Assembly (NCBI RefSeq): GCF_036588685.1
Contig: NC_086383.1
Span: 25,544,001 to 25,608,000 of the forward strand
Reading direction: 5' to 3'
DNA: 64,000 nucleotides
Source: Mytilus trossulus
Taxonomy: Eukaryota
The notes beneath the pieces were generated by a model. That model searched no databases. It saw nothing but the letters and a program-made list of their open reading frames with translations, and was not told the DNA's origin. Position numbers and translations under genes: made by a program. This document shows, one piece after another, positions 1 to 13,931 of this stretch; positions within the stretch are counted from its first letter, which is position 1; every line of letters starts with the position of its first letter.

Positions 1-186
1 TCTCTACCGTTGAATTAAAGCCGGTATTTGTATCTACAACGTTCCCCTACCGATACAGATCTAAAATGATCATGGTACAAAATCGAAATATACTAGGAGG
101 TGTCCCTTCTACATATTTTTTTAATGACCATGATCGTTAAACTATGAAACTGTTTATTTTTTACTTCACGCGTCACCTACATATAT

Positions 187-435
187 TTGAGAATGAAGAT
201 TGGAAATGTATCAAAGAGACAACAACCCGACCATAAAGCAGACAACAACCGAGGACCACCAATTAGTATTCAATGCAACGAGAAACTCCAACACCCGTAG
301 GAGTCCTTCGGTTGGTCGGGGCGAGCCCCTAAACAAATATGTATACTAGTTCAGTGATATACCGGACGTCATACTGAACTCCGAATTATACAAAAGAAAC
401 AAAAATTAAAAGGCATACAAGACTAACAAAGACTA
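187..435 (+). repeat. Dispersed repeat family A (starts ttgagaatggaaatggggaatgtgtcaaagagacaacaacccgacc)
   Basis: The same sequence recurs at ~1533, 17684, 33893, 36350, 47222, 53270, 58770 and 61803, and reversed at ~26700-26997 and 58395-58485. Confidence 0.85.
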
Positions 436-592
436 GTGTTTTTTTCGAAATCTCAAACCCCCCTTTCCTGATATTTCCCTTTTAAACAAATTGACGCCCT
501 CTCCCTCTCACTTGTCAGAGAAAATATCTTGTCATATCGCCATTTGCATGAAAGAGGCATTTAATTTATATCTTATATGCTAACACTAAACA

Positions 593-1032
593 TACCCCAC
601 CCAACGAAGTTGCGGAGGGTGTAATGTTTTGACCCGTCCGTCCGTACGTCAGCCCATAGGTCATGTTTCTTTTCATCGCAACTCCTTTTAAACCACACAA
701 CAGAATTTCATGATAATAAGGACATACTTAGTTGATTTGCATATCGACAAGAAATTGCAATTATTTTTTTTTTTCTAGAAGTTACGCCCCTTTGAACTTA
801 TGTGCTTTGATATACCTCTGCAACAGTTTATCGTCGCAACTCCTCTGAAATCACACCACAGAATTCCATGAAACCTTGTAGATGATAAGGATATACTATG
901 TAGATGTACATATTGACAGGAAATTATGCTTAATTTGTTTTTCTTATACAATTTTTTTTTCTTACAGATATTTTATTTCTCCAGAGACAATTTGGGGACG
1001 TGGGGCATGTAAGTGCGCTCACTAAGGTTCTT
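593..1032. mobile_element. Non-autonomous Helentron/HINE-like element
   Basis: Terminal short palindrome, (GTCC)n microsatellite at ~635-650 and two ~155-bp internal repeats. A related sequence occurs in the opposite orientation at ~39830-39985 and 43173-43370. Confidence 0.6.
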
Positions 1033-2129
1033 TAATTTTATTTCTCCCCGAAAATATTTGCACATTATTTGGGTTTGGCCAAAGGAGTATGTATTTGGTC
1101 AGTTTAAGAGTAAAATGATAGCCTGGTATCCTGGCTGACTGTTCGACAGAAGAGCCTGGCGGAATACAACCTGAAATAGGATATTAGGATTATATTGTTA
1201 CGAATTCATTGCAAAAGATTTTTTATTTTATATTTGACATGCAAATATAAAAAAAAAATAGGTATATTCATTAACATCGTGAATCATTTCAGTTAATTAA
1301 CGATTGACAACATGTGAGATTTAGTAAGGTTGCCGGGCTATAAGGAGGTGTTGCACCAGTTAGGGTTCATATCGGGAGTACAGGGCATTAAGCAGCTTTT
1401 GAGATCGAGGGACCCGTGAATATTTTGGTCTTTTTGGTTGTACATGTTTATTGTAGGAAATCTGGTAGCGGCAATTTTTAATCTTTTTGACCAGAAACAT
1501 TCAGTAGGCATATATATTTTAAAATACATAAAACTGAGAATGGAAATGATGAATGTGTCAAAGAGACAACCCGACCATATAACCGACAACTAGTACCTGA
1601 GGTTTTCAGTAATAATATAGCCTTTCAAAACGACTATATGGTATTAGGCATTGATGAAGGCAGTAGGTTGCCTATAGTTGCTTACATCGACTTTATTTGT
1701 ACTTCGCGTTGGTGGATAGTTGTCTCATTGGCAATCATACGGTTTATTACCACATCTCCTTATTGTATATACCTAAATAAACCAGTCGTAATATTCCACT
1801 GACCAACGACTATTTCATAAACCCCGTAATTAGGAGAGCCTAAACTACTCGGGATGTTTTTTTTATATAGTTTCCGTTTTTGAGCGAAAGTCCACATCAG
1901 TAAACAAAATAAAACTGGGATCCTGTAAACATACAATTTTTGTTTTGCCTTTTAACACGCGTTTGTTGTAATTAATAGATTCAAATTACTTAGGTATATA
2001 TTCGATATGGAGGTACTCCGACTTACAGGAGGATTATACACCGAAGACGAACCCGAGTGCCATCTGTCGTCATAATGATCATTAGCATAATACAACGATG
2101 ACATTTAACACTTAGACATTTCACACATC

Positions 2130-2520
2130 GACGATTCACGAATCGACAAGTCACATGTTACAAGTTACAAAACATCAATATACAAAAAGACAATTTACCA
2201 ATAAAGAATTTTGAAATCTACAAGTTACAAATTGACAATTAACAAATGAAGAAGGTTGAATTTTAGTACAAAGATACAATTTACAAATCGACAATTTACG
2301 AATGAAGCATTATGGAATTGCACAGTTACCTGAACAAACTGACAATTTACCGATTGAAAATGTTGAAACTACAAAGGTGCAAGTTACAAATTGACAATTT
2401 ACGAATTAAGCATTATGAATTTCACAGTAACAATTACAAATTAACAATTTACGATTTAACAATTTAGAAATTACACAGTTACAAGTTACGATGAATGACA
2501 AGTAACAAATAAAGAATTTT
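2130..2520 (+). repeat. Degenerate tandem repeat, ~50-60 bp unit (tacaagttacaaattgacaatttacgaatgaag core)
   Basis: The motif recurs about 7 times. It lies inside a segment bounded by tatgga (2006) and tccata (2540), possibly a TIR element. Confidence 0.6.
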
Positions 2521-3959
2521 GACCCCGTTGGCTTTCCATAACAATTATCTGTACACTTAATTAGTGCTTCCATAGACTTGTGTTGAATTATCCCATCAGA
2601 AACGCTCAAGATTTAAGAACCTTGGATATAAATGATTACTAGAATACTTGAGATTTGATGATCGTTTAACTAAAGTAGCTTCGAAATAAAAAAAAAGAGT
2701 GACACTTCATCACACGTAATTCAAGACTATATTGTTAATCAGCACACTGCTTATGGATATAATGTAAAAACAAACGTGTGTAATATCTAAACATAAGTAA
2801 CGACAAAATAAGTGTTGGATTCAATTACATGTACACCTTAACATTTGTGAAAAGTAATATATTACAAGAAAGTAAACAAATAACAACAAATAATTATTTT
2901 TGATTTTTCATTCAGAATGAAGTTATAACGAACGCTCATTTTAGCCGGTGGTCCATGTGCAGTACAATCTGATCACGGAGCACCTGACATTAACCCATAT
3001 TTTTGTTGGGTTGTGTTGCTTATTCGTAAGGTTGTAATACTTTGTTTTGTTTACTGTTGTTTGTTTGCTTGAATACAAGAAATGTATCTCAAATATTATT
3101 TTGACAGTAAAAAGTTCAATATTAGTGTCATAGTTTTCATTGTTTTTTAAACAACCTCATGAACATGCATGATAATGTTCCAATTTAAAATCAAATTTCA
3201 AAATCTCACAGTAATGATTATAAAGAAGATGTGGTATTATTGTCAATGCTACAACTGTCCACAAAAGCATTTTTTTTAATAAAATGTGTCTAAAACGAAC
3301 ATTTAAGGAAACAAAGAAATTATTATTTAAACAATACCTGGTTCGTTAGTTGATGGCACAACAAAAGAATATGAATACCCTGTAAAACATAGATATCCAA
3401 AAAACACAACAAAAATCATAGTTTCAACGTGTGATTTAGAACACGTTTGTCGAACTATGTAAATTCTTTTTGGTACGTTTAATATATTAATATAATTTTA
3501 TTAATTGCTTAGGAGGACTTGTTGATGATAAACTCGGGTTAATCTGAAATGTTGTAATTTCTCCAGAGAGTCACAATGATAGCAACCAAATTGAAAATAT
3601 AACTCACAAATATGGCATTAAAACAACAATAAAAGAGGGACTAAAGATACCAAAGGGACAGTCAAACTCACAAATCTAAAACAAATTGACAACGCCAAGG
3701 CCAAAAATGAAAAAGAAAAACAAAAAAACAATAGAACACACGACACAACATAGAAAACTAAAGAATAAACAACACGAACCCCACCAAAAACTAGGGGGTA
3801 ATCTAAAACTTCTCTTAAATGGATAAAATTGTATGTGTCATTTGGTCTCTTGTGAATAGTTGCCTATTTTTTTCTTGGGTCACACATAAGACATAAAATA
3901 TTATTTAGTGCCTATCTTATTTCTTCGGTTGCAATATTTGCAATTTAAGATATTATACT

Positions 3960-5400
3960 GTGATTTCAGAACTGTATAAACACAGTAGTGAAATGGCAGG
4001 AAATGAGGACAGCAAGGACAAGAACATTGAAATGACAGAAATTGAATCCCTTGAGGATATGGAGAAACCCACAGCTGAAGACACCTTAACAGAGGACAAC
4101 TCAGAAATGACTAGTCAACAATTGTACCAAAAATCTTTAGTAGATAGGAAATATAATGCTCAAAGAATAACTGAGATTGACCGCAATATAAAACAGAGCG
4201 AAGCGCGAATTGATAAAATATGTATTGGTCACATAACGATGCAACCTGAATAGAAAGCGGCATTTAATAATAATAATGAACAGATGGAAGCAATATCTCA
4301 GTAATTTCAGCAGTCTGAAGACATGCTAGACAACAAGGCTTGTGGTAAGCGCTTGGCGGAATTGACGGTCAGATCAATGAGAAATTCAATGTTGTGGGGG
4401 GGGGCGGACGGAAAAGCTGACAACAACTGAGGAAGGAGACACAGTTCAATTTAAAAGTGCATTTGCACAGCAGGATATTTTCCAACAAATGGCATCTGTA
4501 AATGAATAAGTGAACAAGCAAAATAAGGAAGTTTAAATTCCTGCAATGAACACATCATCTTAGCCAAAATTTTACACTAGCAAGTACAACGCAAGTACAC
4601 CAAAAGTACATAACAAATTCCCTGCCTTTGCGCATGAACCATCAACAGCACCAACTCTGTTGAAGGCAAATTTGGTGTCTTCGCCTAAAGTCGGAAGTCC
4701 TATGTCAGGGCCCTTGGCCCTGCATGAGACAGTTCACATTTTTCAACAACAACCTCCATTTAAGAAAATGCTAGAAACCACAAGTACTAATCAAGTATGC
4801 CAGTAAATGGCTTATGTGTCTTCTTACGCACACTTACCACCTACTATGAGTCAATCATTATTGGTTCAGAGCAGCAAACCATTACAGAAACAATTGGCTG
4901 CAAGTGGATCTTATCAAGTAGTTTCTCCAATGCTGACTGCAGTGCCTACTAACAGTACCATCCCTGTCGAGTCAATGGCAAATCCTACTTCTCCCACATT
5001 TATGACGACCTCGTCAGCTCCTAGAGCTCTAACAGGCTTGCCGCAACAGCAAGTTGACTCCACTGATAGATCCAGGAAAAGGCAGCGGAAACCAAAAGAG
5101 CGTGGTAACAGCTCTTCTTAAGAAATGTTAGACTCCTCTCTGGAGAGATATTACACCCGATGGCAAGAACATATTGGTGCCAGGGACCGTAGCCAAAGCC
5201 CACAGCTCCATGACACAGGATCCATGACTTGGGAGGCGTTCATTTACCAATTTGAACGGACTGCCGGTACATGTAGACGACAATGGGAAAACAGGAAAAA
5301 AGTGTGTTAGCTCCTAGATTGCCTGGCCGATGTTGTCTTGGTGTACGTTCGCAAGGTAAACACAGATGACGATTCCAGCAAGAAAGACGATGATCAGACC
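3960..5400 (+). pseudogene. Decayed LTR-retrotransposon (Gypsy-like) gag remnant
   Basis: Broken ORFs with coiled-coil and S/T/P-rich stretches, followed by GSMTWEAFIYQFERTA..RRQW..RKKVC*LLDCLADVVLVY, which resembles the retrotransposon gag capsid N-terminus. Many stops and frameshifts. Confidence 0.5.
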
Positions 5401-5429
5401 TCCGAGGATGTAAAGACACAGATTCTGCA

Positions 5430-5700
5430 ATTGTCATTGATATGGTTATATTTATAAATTAACTGTTTACAATTTTTTCATTTTTTTGAAATACTTAGGC
5501 TTTTCTACTTCAGATATATTACCTTAGCTGTATTTGGCAGAACATTTAGGGATTTTGGTCCTCAATGCTCTTCTAATTCGTACTTTATTTTGCCTTTTAA
5601 ATTTTTTTAGATTCGAGCGTCACTGATTTGTCTTTTGTAGACGGAACGCGCGTCTGGCGTATACTTAATTTTGTCCTGGTATCCATGATGAGTTTATCTG
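5430..5700 (+). repeat. Hammerhead-bearing dispersed repeat (Penelope pLTR/retrozyme-like) with a mutated ribozyme core
   Basis: gcgtca-ctgatttg-tcttttgtagac-ggaa-cgcgcgtc-tggcgt at ~5617-5660 has type I HHR topology, but both the CUGAUGA and GAAA boxes are mutated. Confidence 0.7.
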
Positions 5701-7189
5701 ACTCGCTTCATTAGAGATATCCAAATGTAGTCATATTTCATTTCATATTTCATTAGTTTGAATTATGATTTCCTGATTTTTATTTAAATGATACATTTAG
5801 ACAGCCTTTTAAAGACTTTCATAATGAAACATAAAGAGAAACAACCATTGTACTGGTTTATTTACCAAAAAACATTTGAGATAGTTTTACCTGGGGATGG
5901 GTTTTTTAACAGGTTGAGGGGCTTGTCCCTGAGTTGATTTCGTGTTTGTAGTCATACATTATAACTACAAATTGTCACTTCTTCGTACTATGCACATCAA
6001 AAATTGTTTTCTCCTTAATAATGTTCCAGCACATATACATGAAGAACACGAGGTTTTATTGAGCATCAATAGAATAGTTTAATTGTTGATATTCATCCCA
6101 CATGTACCAAATTTTAAATTAGCTTTTATTTACATCCAAGAAATTTCTTGGTATTTCTAAACGTCAGAATGTATAGACAGAAGAATTTTAATTTACAACA
6201 AAATTGTCTATAATATGACGTAATGTTTTTTTCATAGTTGTTGTTTTTTCTAAAATTGTTTATCCTTTTACAGCGGTTTTATACTTTCACTTTAATTATC
6301 TCTTATTTTTTTAAACATAAATTTAAAATGAATCACAGATAAAATGTATTCATACATTGTGTGTAAATTTGTGTTAATACGTTAAATCATTCCAATTGAT
6401 ATTTTACAGTGTGAGTTTCTATGTTATGATGTTATACTATTGTTTCAGAAACGGAAGAAGGGTTGGTACCATTTTAACGTTTAATTCCTTTGCAATTATT
6501 TGTACCTGTCCGAAGTTAGGAATCTGATGGTCAGTAGTTGTTGTATGTTAATTAAGTTCATGAGTGTTTCTCGTTTTTTGTTTTAATATAGAAAAGATCG
6601 TTGGTTTTCCCGATTGAATGGCTAACACTAGTACTTTTGGGGTCCTTTATAGCTTGCTGTTCGGTGTGAGCCAAAGCTCCGTGTTGAAGGCCGTAGCTTT
6701 ATATATAATGGTTAGCTTTTATTAACTGTGACATGGATGTAGAGTTGTCTCATTGGCACTTACACCACATCTTCCTTTATCTAAATATGTTACCATGAGT
6801 TTGATAGCCAATATTCAAGGTCCACTTACCCATTATTCCAACAAAGAAAGTCTAGCAAAACAACTAAACATAATCGTCTAGCCAATGTTAGGTCTTGTTT
6901 TGTTCTCTTCGCCATTATTCCGGTCACATTCTATGTGTGCATGTCTGAAGTCAGAAGCTGTGAATTTATACAATGTCTTGTTAACATAAACACTATCTAA
7001 TCATGAGAAAGAAGAAACAAAAAATTATAAAGTAATGGAATATAGTTAAGATATGTAATGGTTATTTTGTAAGATACTGATTTTCAAAGAAAGCAAATGT
7101 TAACGGATTTTTGTTTAATTCTAGCGTCGACATGGATGAGTCTTTTTTTTAAAGTGAATGCTCGCCTGGTGTACATTATTTTAATTCTA

Positions 7190-7795
7190 ACACAACCACT
7201 GGGTCGATGCAACTGTTGTTATAGTTTATATACCTAGTGTATTCACAACCACTGGGTCGATGCCAATCTTGTAAGAGTTCTTCTCCCTAGTGTATTAACA
7301 ACCACTGGGTCGATGCCACTCTTGTTAGAAATTTTCTCAATAGTGTATTAAGAACCACTGAGTAGATGCCACTGTTCGTATAGGGTTTCTCCCTAGTGTA
7401 TTCACAACCACTGGGTCGACGCCACTGTTGTAAGAGTTTTTCTCCCTATTGTATTCACAACCACTGGGTCGATGCCACAGTCGTTATAGTTTTTCTACCT
7501 AGTGTATTTACAACCTCCGGGTCGATGACACTCTCGTTATAGTTTTTCTCCCTAGTGTATTGACAACCACTTGGTCGATGACACTGTTTTTCTCCCTAGT
7601 GTATTTTAACATTTGGGTCGATGCAAGTCTTTTTAGAGTTTTATCTACCTAGTGTATTTACAACCACTGGGTCGATGCCAATGTTGTTAGAGTTTTTCTC
7701 TCAAGTGTATTTACAACCACTGGCCAAGGTGGATGCCACTGTTGTTAGAGTTTTTCTCCCAAGTGTATTTACAACCACTGGGTCGATGCCACTTT
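7190..7795 (+). repeat. 53-bp tandem array (~11-12 units)
   Basis: Unit starts (tagtgtatt, one as tattgtatt) at 7235, 7288, 7341, 7394, 7447, 7500 and 7553 give a period of 53. Unit is tagtgtattcacaaccactgggtcgatgccactgttgttagagtttttctccc. The last unit runs into the HHR-family repeat body (7795-8060). Confidence 0.9.
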
Positions 7796-8078
7796 GGTGG
7801 AGTATTTCTCCCGAGAGTACAATAAACTCAGTAGTCAGTCAGCCTTCCTGTGCAGAAATGAATCATCAGTGATATGGTCATATTGACTGTTTACCATACT
7901 TTGAAAATTTCGAAATATTTAGGATTTTTCTTCCCCAGAAATATATTACTTTAGCCGTTTTTAGGGAATTTTGATCCTCGTTTTTGGCATTTTTTTTTTT
8001 CGAGCATCAAGGATGGAGTCTGGCATCCAAATTAACCTTGTATCTATGATGAGTTTATTCACCAGAGCTTGTATTGGA

Positions 8079-9513
8079 AGTCCCAGTCACACATCGCAAC
8101 ATACATGTACTCATCGCGATCTCAAATAAATTCAGATCGTGATGAGGTCGCAGTATGAACTGCATGAACATGTAAATTTTCGTTGCCTTTACGATGCTAC
8201 TACGTCCTCATTACGCTTCTACAACGATCCCGCTACGATTATACCACGTTCTCACACGCACTTATTCTGCAACCTCACTACGCTTATCAAGACCTTTATA
8301 CAGTCATTACGTTCTCTCTACGACCATACCGCGGGTTATCAGATTGCAACACGATTTTGACACGCTTTTACTGCGATTATAGCACGTCCTAACCACGATT
8401 ATACGACGTTCATATCAAGATCTTACGACATTCTCAGCAATAACGTCAATATCGTGTTCCATATCAATACAGTTCTGTTCCTTCTATTTCTGATTAATAC
8501 GTAGATTTTTCGGAAACAATACAGTCATTCCACCACAATCTACTAGAACACGTGGGCGTGGTTGTAAGGGTTAATGTTGAAACAGAGAAAGCTCTGATAG
8601 TAACGAATCCTGATCCATCAGAGAAGTCGGACCGACCAATCGAACCTAAATTACATCATATTTATGGTCAATAAAGCTCAAATGACGATGAACGATATAA
8701 GAAATGACACACATGTGTCAATATATATAGGAAAATGTGGTGTGAGTGCCACAAGACAACTCTACATCCAAGTAATAATTTATAAAAGTAAACCATTATA
8801 GTTCAAGATACGGCCTTCAGCATGAACCCTTGGCTTATAACGAACACCAAGCTATAATAGGCCCAGAAATTATAAGTGTAAAGCAATTTAAACGGAAAAA
8901 CCAAAGGTCTAATCTATAAAAAACTAGAAGCATGGTTGAGCCGTTCAAGAAAATGGACAAGAAGTTCCAATTATATACAGACAAACAAGGCCTGAAGAGA
9001 TTTAATATATTTTATGTGAAAATGACAATGCGAGTGATGGTCGTAGTATGAACGTAGTTAGGTCGTAAGAAGACCGTGATGAGGATGGCAGGGGCGTGCT
9101 AGAATCTTACTATGGTCGTGAACAGTGTGGAATAGTCGTAGCGGAAGCGTAGACGGGTCGCGGTGAGAACGTGAATTTCGTAGTGAGGTCGCAATAACGT
9201 CGCTGTATGATCGTAGCACAGTCTCTCCGAATAGAATCACGCTCTCGCTACGATAGTACAGCGACTTTTGCGATTTTACTACGACCTTAGTGCGCTCTAA
9301 CTTCGCTTTTACTACGACCTGATTACGCCTTGACCGCAACACGATTGTTTTGAACATGTTCAAAGTTTTCCACGCTCATCACGATCTTGAAGAGCTCACC
9401 ACGACCGTGATACATGTACGACCTTACAATGATCTACACGATCGTACTTTGATCATCAAAATTTGCATTTTTTTCACAGATCGTAGTGCGATCGTAGCCT
9501 AGTGGGACTGCGG
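8079..9513. mobile_element. Non-autonomous TIR element rich in tacgat/atcgta motifs (possibly PIF/Harbinger-derived)
   Basis: agtccca at the left end and tgggact at the right end. CpG-rich (t)acgat blocks occur in alternating orientation. A copy of repeat family B is inserted at ~8725-8925. Confidence 0.5.
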
Positions 9514-10644
9514 TAGTAAGTTACTTTCAAATCATACCTACATGTTCAAGACAATAAGCGGGGATTTTTATTTAAAATATAAAGGCGTTTAAATATTTGC
9601 ACAAATAGTAGGGGCTTTTTTAAATTCATATTCGTGTTTTTAATATCAATACAAAATTCAATACACAATTTGTTTTCAAATCGCACTTCTTTGCTTTATA
9701 ATATTTATTAAATTTAGAATTCCGTTTTTCCACATTCAATTTTGAACCTCCATATCAAATTAATTTGAATAAATCCAATTGTAGCTGACATTACATCTGG
9801 ATGATTTTGTTGACATTTATCCCACAATTACCATAATGTTTTTTGTTATTTGCATTGTTGAGTTTTCCTATTACTTTCTATGTTTCATTAAAACAGATAA
9901 CGAGCGATAACTCCAGAACAAAATGTCGAACAATTTTGTTGTAAGCAGTTAGTTTATTTTATCACATTAAGGCTTTAAAACCATTATACTATGAATAGTT
10001 AACAAGATTGCATTATAAGGATTATCTTGACATACAAAATGCAATTCATTTCTAAAAACCATGAAACTTTGTATGAAAATATAATATGTACCGTAATATG
10101 GATCAAAAAGTTAAAATGATCTATGAAAAAATGAGTCTTTACTACTTTAATTAATAAAAGTATAAATAGTATTGATAGTACTCGGAGGAGACAACTCTTT
10201 ACCGTCATTTATTTGTAAACTATTTTAATATTTCCCTACTGGGAAAAAAATCATAAAATAATATAGACTTTAATGAAAATTTGGTTAATTTAATGCTACT
10301 CCACTATGGGCATGCGCTGTGTTGCTCTAATTATCCGTTAATCTCGTCATGAGATATAAAATGTAAACAATTGATTGAAAAGTAGAATACATATTCATGG
10401 GCTGTTTTTGACATTTCAATGCACATTCATCGTGTACCAGAATCATGAAGTCATGATACAATACTGAAATCTTTACAATTTTAGCTTTTGAGTCAATCTG
10501 TGATCATATTTAAAAGTAAGTCGTATTTCATAATAATATATAACATATATAAAGATCGAGGATGAACACGGATGCGGTCACTTTCATTTTTGACCAAAAT
10601 AAATCTGAAAATTGACTTAATATTATGGCATATTTGATAGATTT

Positions 10645-12270
10645 TTTTACAACCGCAAATTTGAGGTCCTTTATATTGGTATGACGGCGTCGTCGGCGTC
10701 GTCCGAAGACCGAAGGTTTCCGGATAACAACTTTAGTTTAATTTAAAAGAAACAAATCAATTTTTTATAGCCACAACAGGAAGCTTGTGATTGATTTTGT
10801 GGTTTTATGGTCCCAGTTTAGGAATTGGGGGCCCAAAACAAGCATTTCTCTTGTTACAGGATAATAAGTTGTGTACAGGTATTTCATTTGCTCTGAAGTT
10901 GTACCACATTGTTTAATACCATAAGCAGATGGTTTGGATTTTTCTTTAAGGGTTATTGGGCAAACTGTCTAGGAATAAAAGGCCAAAAAAGGTACATTTG
11001 TGTAGTTTTGTCATTTCAAGACAATTATTACTTATGTAACAGTGTATGAATCATTCTGAAATTATACCACACTATTCCATACTTCTAAGATATATGGTTA
11101 GGATTGACTTGGAGGAGGGGTTATGGCTTAAACCATTTATGAATATGGGAAATGTGAATGGACAGTTAAGACAATTTGAAAGCAATGTAAGGGAGTTAAT
11201 CCAAAAGTAATATTTGAACTACTTTACACTTCTTTTAAATATGTGTTTTTGAAATTTGCCAATATATGAGTTTAGCATTCATAAACTTTATCTTTTATTT
11301 GCCAATATTTTCGGTAAAATAAACTTCATTGGACATTTGCAAATAACTTAAGTATAAGTAAATATAAATCTTAAAAATAAGAAATTAAGACACAAAGTTT
11401 GAAACCACAAAGGAATGTTTAGATTGATTATGGGGTTATGGTCTCTTTTGTTTAGGAATAAGGGGTATACATGGGGCCCAAATAAGCATTTTTCTACTGT
11501 TCAAACAATAACTTGTTGATAAGTGTATATAATGGCCTGAAACTGTATCACAAGTTTCCACGGATGGTTAGGATTGGAGTTGTGGAGTTCTGACTCAATC
11601 TGTTCATGAATAAGGGGCAAAAAAGGGAGAAAACAAGGGTTTTCTGGTTAATGGATAATTACTTTTAAATTAGCTTTGTTTCGTTCTGTTCGCATTGGTA
11701 CTCTTTGCTATTTTGTTTACTTGTTCTAGTACGAAATTTTTAAAACTGTTTCTAGAAAATTATCATTTCTTGAGATCATTAGCTGTAAATTTAATTTAAG
11801 AAGTTACAATTTATTGATAATAATTTCAACCATGAGTGTATGTCATTTTATATTTTAACACTATATGATGAATTTAAATGAGTAGTTATTGTTGCAAATA
11901 TTATTAGAAATTTGAATAGAGATTATTTTTGAAATAGGGGAAAGGGGTAGGTGAATAAAAAATAAGGAGTGTGGTGATTACAATTTTTCTCATTTCAGAT
12001 TTCAGATATTTAAACGAAAATTTCTTCAAATATTTGATTTCAGGCGATTAATACTGAACAGCATACATAGTGTTTTGCTTAAAAGCAAAACAAAAATGTT
12101 AAGTTTATAAGACCGCATTCATTCTGTGCCAGAAATCTATGCTGTGTCAACTATTTAATCACTATCCAAATTCAGAGCTATATCAAGCTTGAATGTAGTG
12201 TCTATACTTGCCCCAACTGAGGGTTCGACCTCTTCGGTCGTATAAAGCTGTGCCCTGCAGAGCAACTATT
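10645..12270. mobile_element. Helentron/HINE-like non-autonomous element
   Basis: Begins tttttacaaccgcaaattt..., has a (cgt/cgg)n microsatellite and degenerate ~155-bp internal repeats (tttaggaat..ggggcc..aaa), and ends ...gcggtcgtataaagctg-like, complementary to the start. Confidence 0.55.
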
Positions 12271-13059
12271 TAATATTTTGCGTGTTAACGACTAAAACAG
12301 TTCAAATCTTTCATATAAATTAATTAAATCTACTAAAGTAGCCACTTAAGTGTTTACAAAGTGTCCAAAATTTTTATTCGGATGAACCCGAAATTATGGG
12401 CAAATATCGACCCTTTCCGGACCTACTCCTTTATAAAAATGACCATATAATTGATATTCATGTCAAAACCAAAGTGATGACTACTGGGCTGGTGATACCC
12501 TCGGGTCAGCAGTGCCATTCAATGACAATAAGGTAGCTCCTAAGTGATGCATTTACTGTACTGAGTGCAAATGACATCATACATTTTAATAAGATAAAAT
12601 CGTTAGTTGTTAAATATTTACAAACGTGAATAATCTACTGAATTCTAATGACATACCTTTTTCATTCTTGACGAAATTTATCAGGTAGTTAATTATCGTC
12701 CTGGACTAACTTTTTACTAAAAACACTATCCGTTTTCCTTATAATTAACAACGCAAATAGAAACATTATCAGCTTTTTCCCGTCTTTGACAGCATTGCTA
12801 AACCATATTTGAAGATCTCGTCCTTAGAAAGGTTGGTATGTTTCTCAAATAAGACCTGGCTTGGGTTGATGCTGTTACATTGAGCGTAAGATATCTGTAA
12901 TTATACCGAAAATTTAACTCTTTTTACATATAAAGATTTGTTGTTTAGCTTGTAACTTCTGTCGCAGCAACTAGACATAGGAAAAGTCATTAGGCGGCGA
13001 CATCGTTAACTAACTTTTTATAAGCTTTTGTTTGAGAAAGTGGAAGACCTGGTAGCTTT

Positions 13060-13690
13060 TGTATGATTTTGTGTTTTGGTCTGTTTGTATTATACTGTAT
13101 GCAATAGGTCAACCGTTTTTGATATATGGAATGATCGAAACATGTACATTGTAAACTGTAAGGTGTCATCTTAGTAATACCTTGACCTCATTTTTGGATC
13201 AGTGGTGACAATTAACTTTTTCAGTTCAACCCCCTCCCCCCCGCTTTCCCCCGCCATACTATATGCAATAGATCACCTTTTTTATTTGGTATAAGTAACT
13301 TTTTTATGATGAACATGTCAGTTTCGCCGGTTTTATTTGACCTTGATTTCATGTTCATGGTTAATTGCTCAGTGTTAAGTTGTATACGTTTTGGTCTGTA
13401 ATCAATATGTTAACTATATTTTCGATTTGCCCTTGACCTCATTTTCATTGTTCATTGGTAAGTTTGTAATTTATATGGTTAAGTCTGTTTCTTAGAAACT
13501 TAACGCAACATTTCAACTATATTTAGCCTGTTGAATGATTGTTAGGTGTATTTCTAGTTTGGTTACTATGACCTTGTCCTCCTTTTCATGGGTCATTGTT
13601 CAGTGTTAGTTTTTGTGCTTTGGTCTATAAGCAATAGGTCAAAAATATTGAGTGGGCACACATTTTTTTAAATCCAGATCAGCTTTAATA
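13060..13690 (+). repeat. Degenerate gaccttgacctcattttcatgg repeat array (HINE-type internal repeats)
   Basis: The motif recurs at ~13180, 13339, 13431 and 13570. Confidence 0.55.
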
Positions 13691-13861
13691 GTTGGATCTG
13701 CAACATGTACGGCTTTCTTATTTTACTGCGAGGTTTATAGTTTTCGAAACCAGAATGTAGCTATAGTGAAAAAAATCCACATAATTTGGTAATTTTTGCA
13801 ACGTTTTTATTAAGTAACTGCTGTAAACATGGATTTTTCATTATGTGGTGCAATGATTTAC

Positions 13862-13931
13862 TTAGGCAGCAAGGCTAAGGTTTTTTTTGCCCCCCCCCCC
13901 CCCCCCAGAAAATCGCATAGTTGCTGCCTTA
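13862..13931. mobile_element. Tiny MITE with an 18-19 bp target-site duplication (hAT19-like)
   Basis: TIR taggcagcaa/ttgctgcctta. Flanks tgtggtgcaatgatttac (13844-13861) and tgtggtgcaatcatttaa (13932-13949) match at 16 of 18 positions. Confidence 0.7.

Noticed and set aside
1046-1337. Possible CACTA-type MITE (CCC...GGG)
   Set aside because: The terminal match is too short and imperfect to support a call.
7190-7795. CRISPR-like array (conserved core plus variable segment)
   Set aside because: The variable parts are homologous to each other rather than unique spacers, no cas genes are present, and the context is eukaryotic.
8139-9363. Several 60-100 aa ORFs
   Set aside because: They come from low-complexity tacgat repeats of a non-autonomous element.
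12600-13000. Possible Penelope-like 5' ORF relic on the minus strand
   Set aside because: Only a faint EKADNV-like peptide is visible, which is not enough to call.
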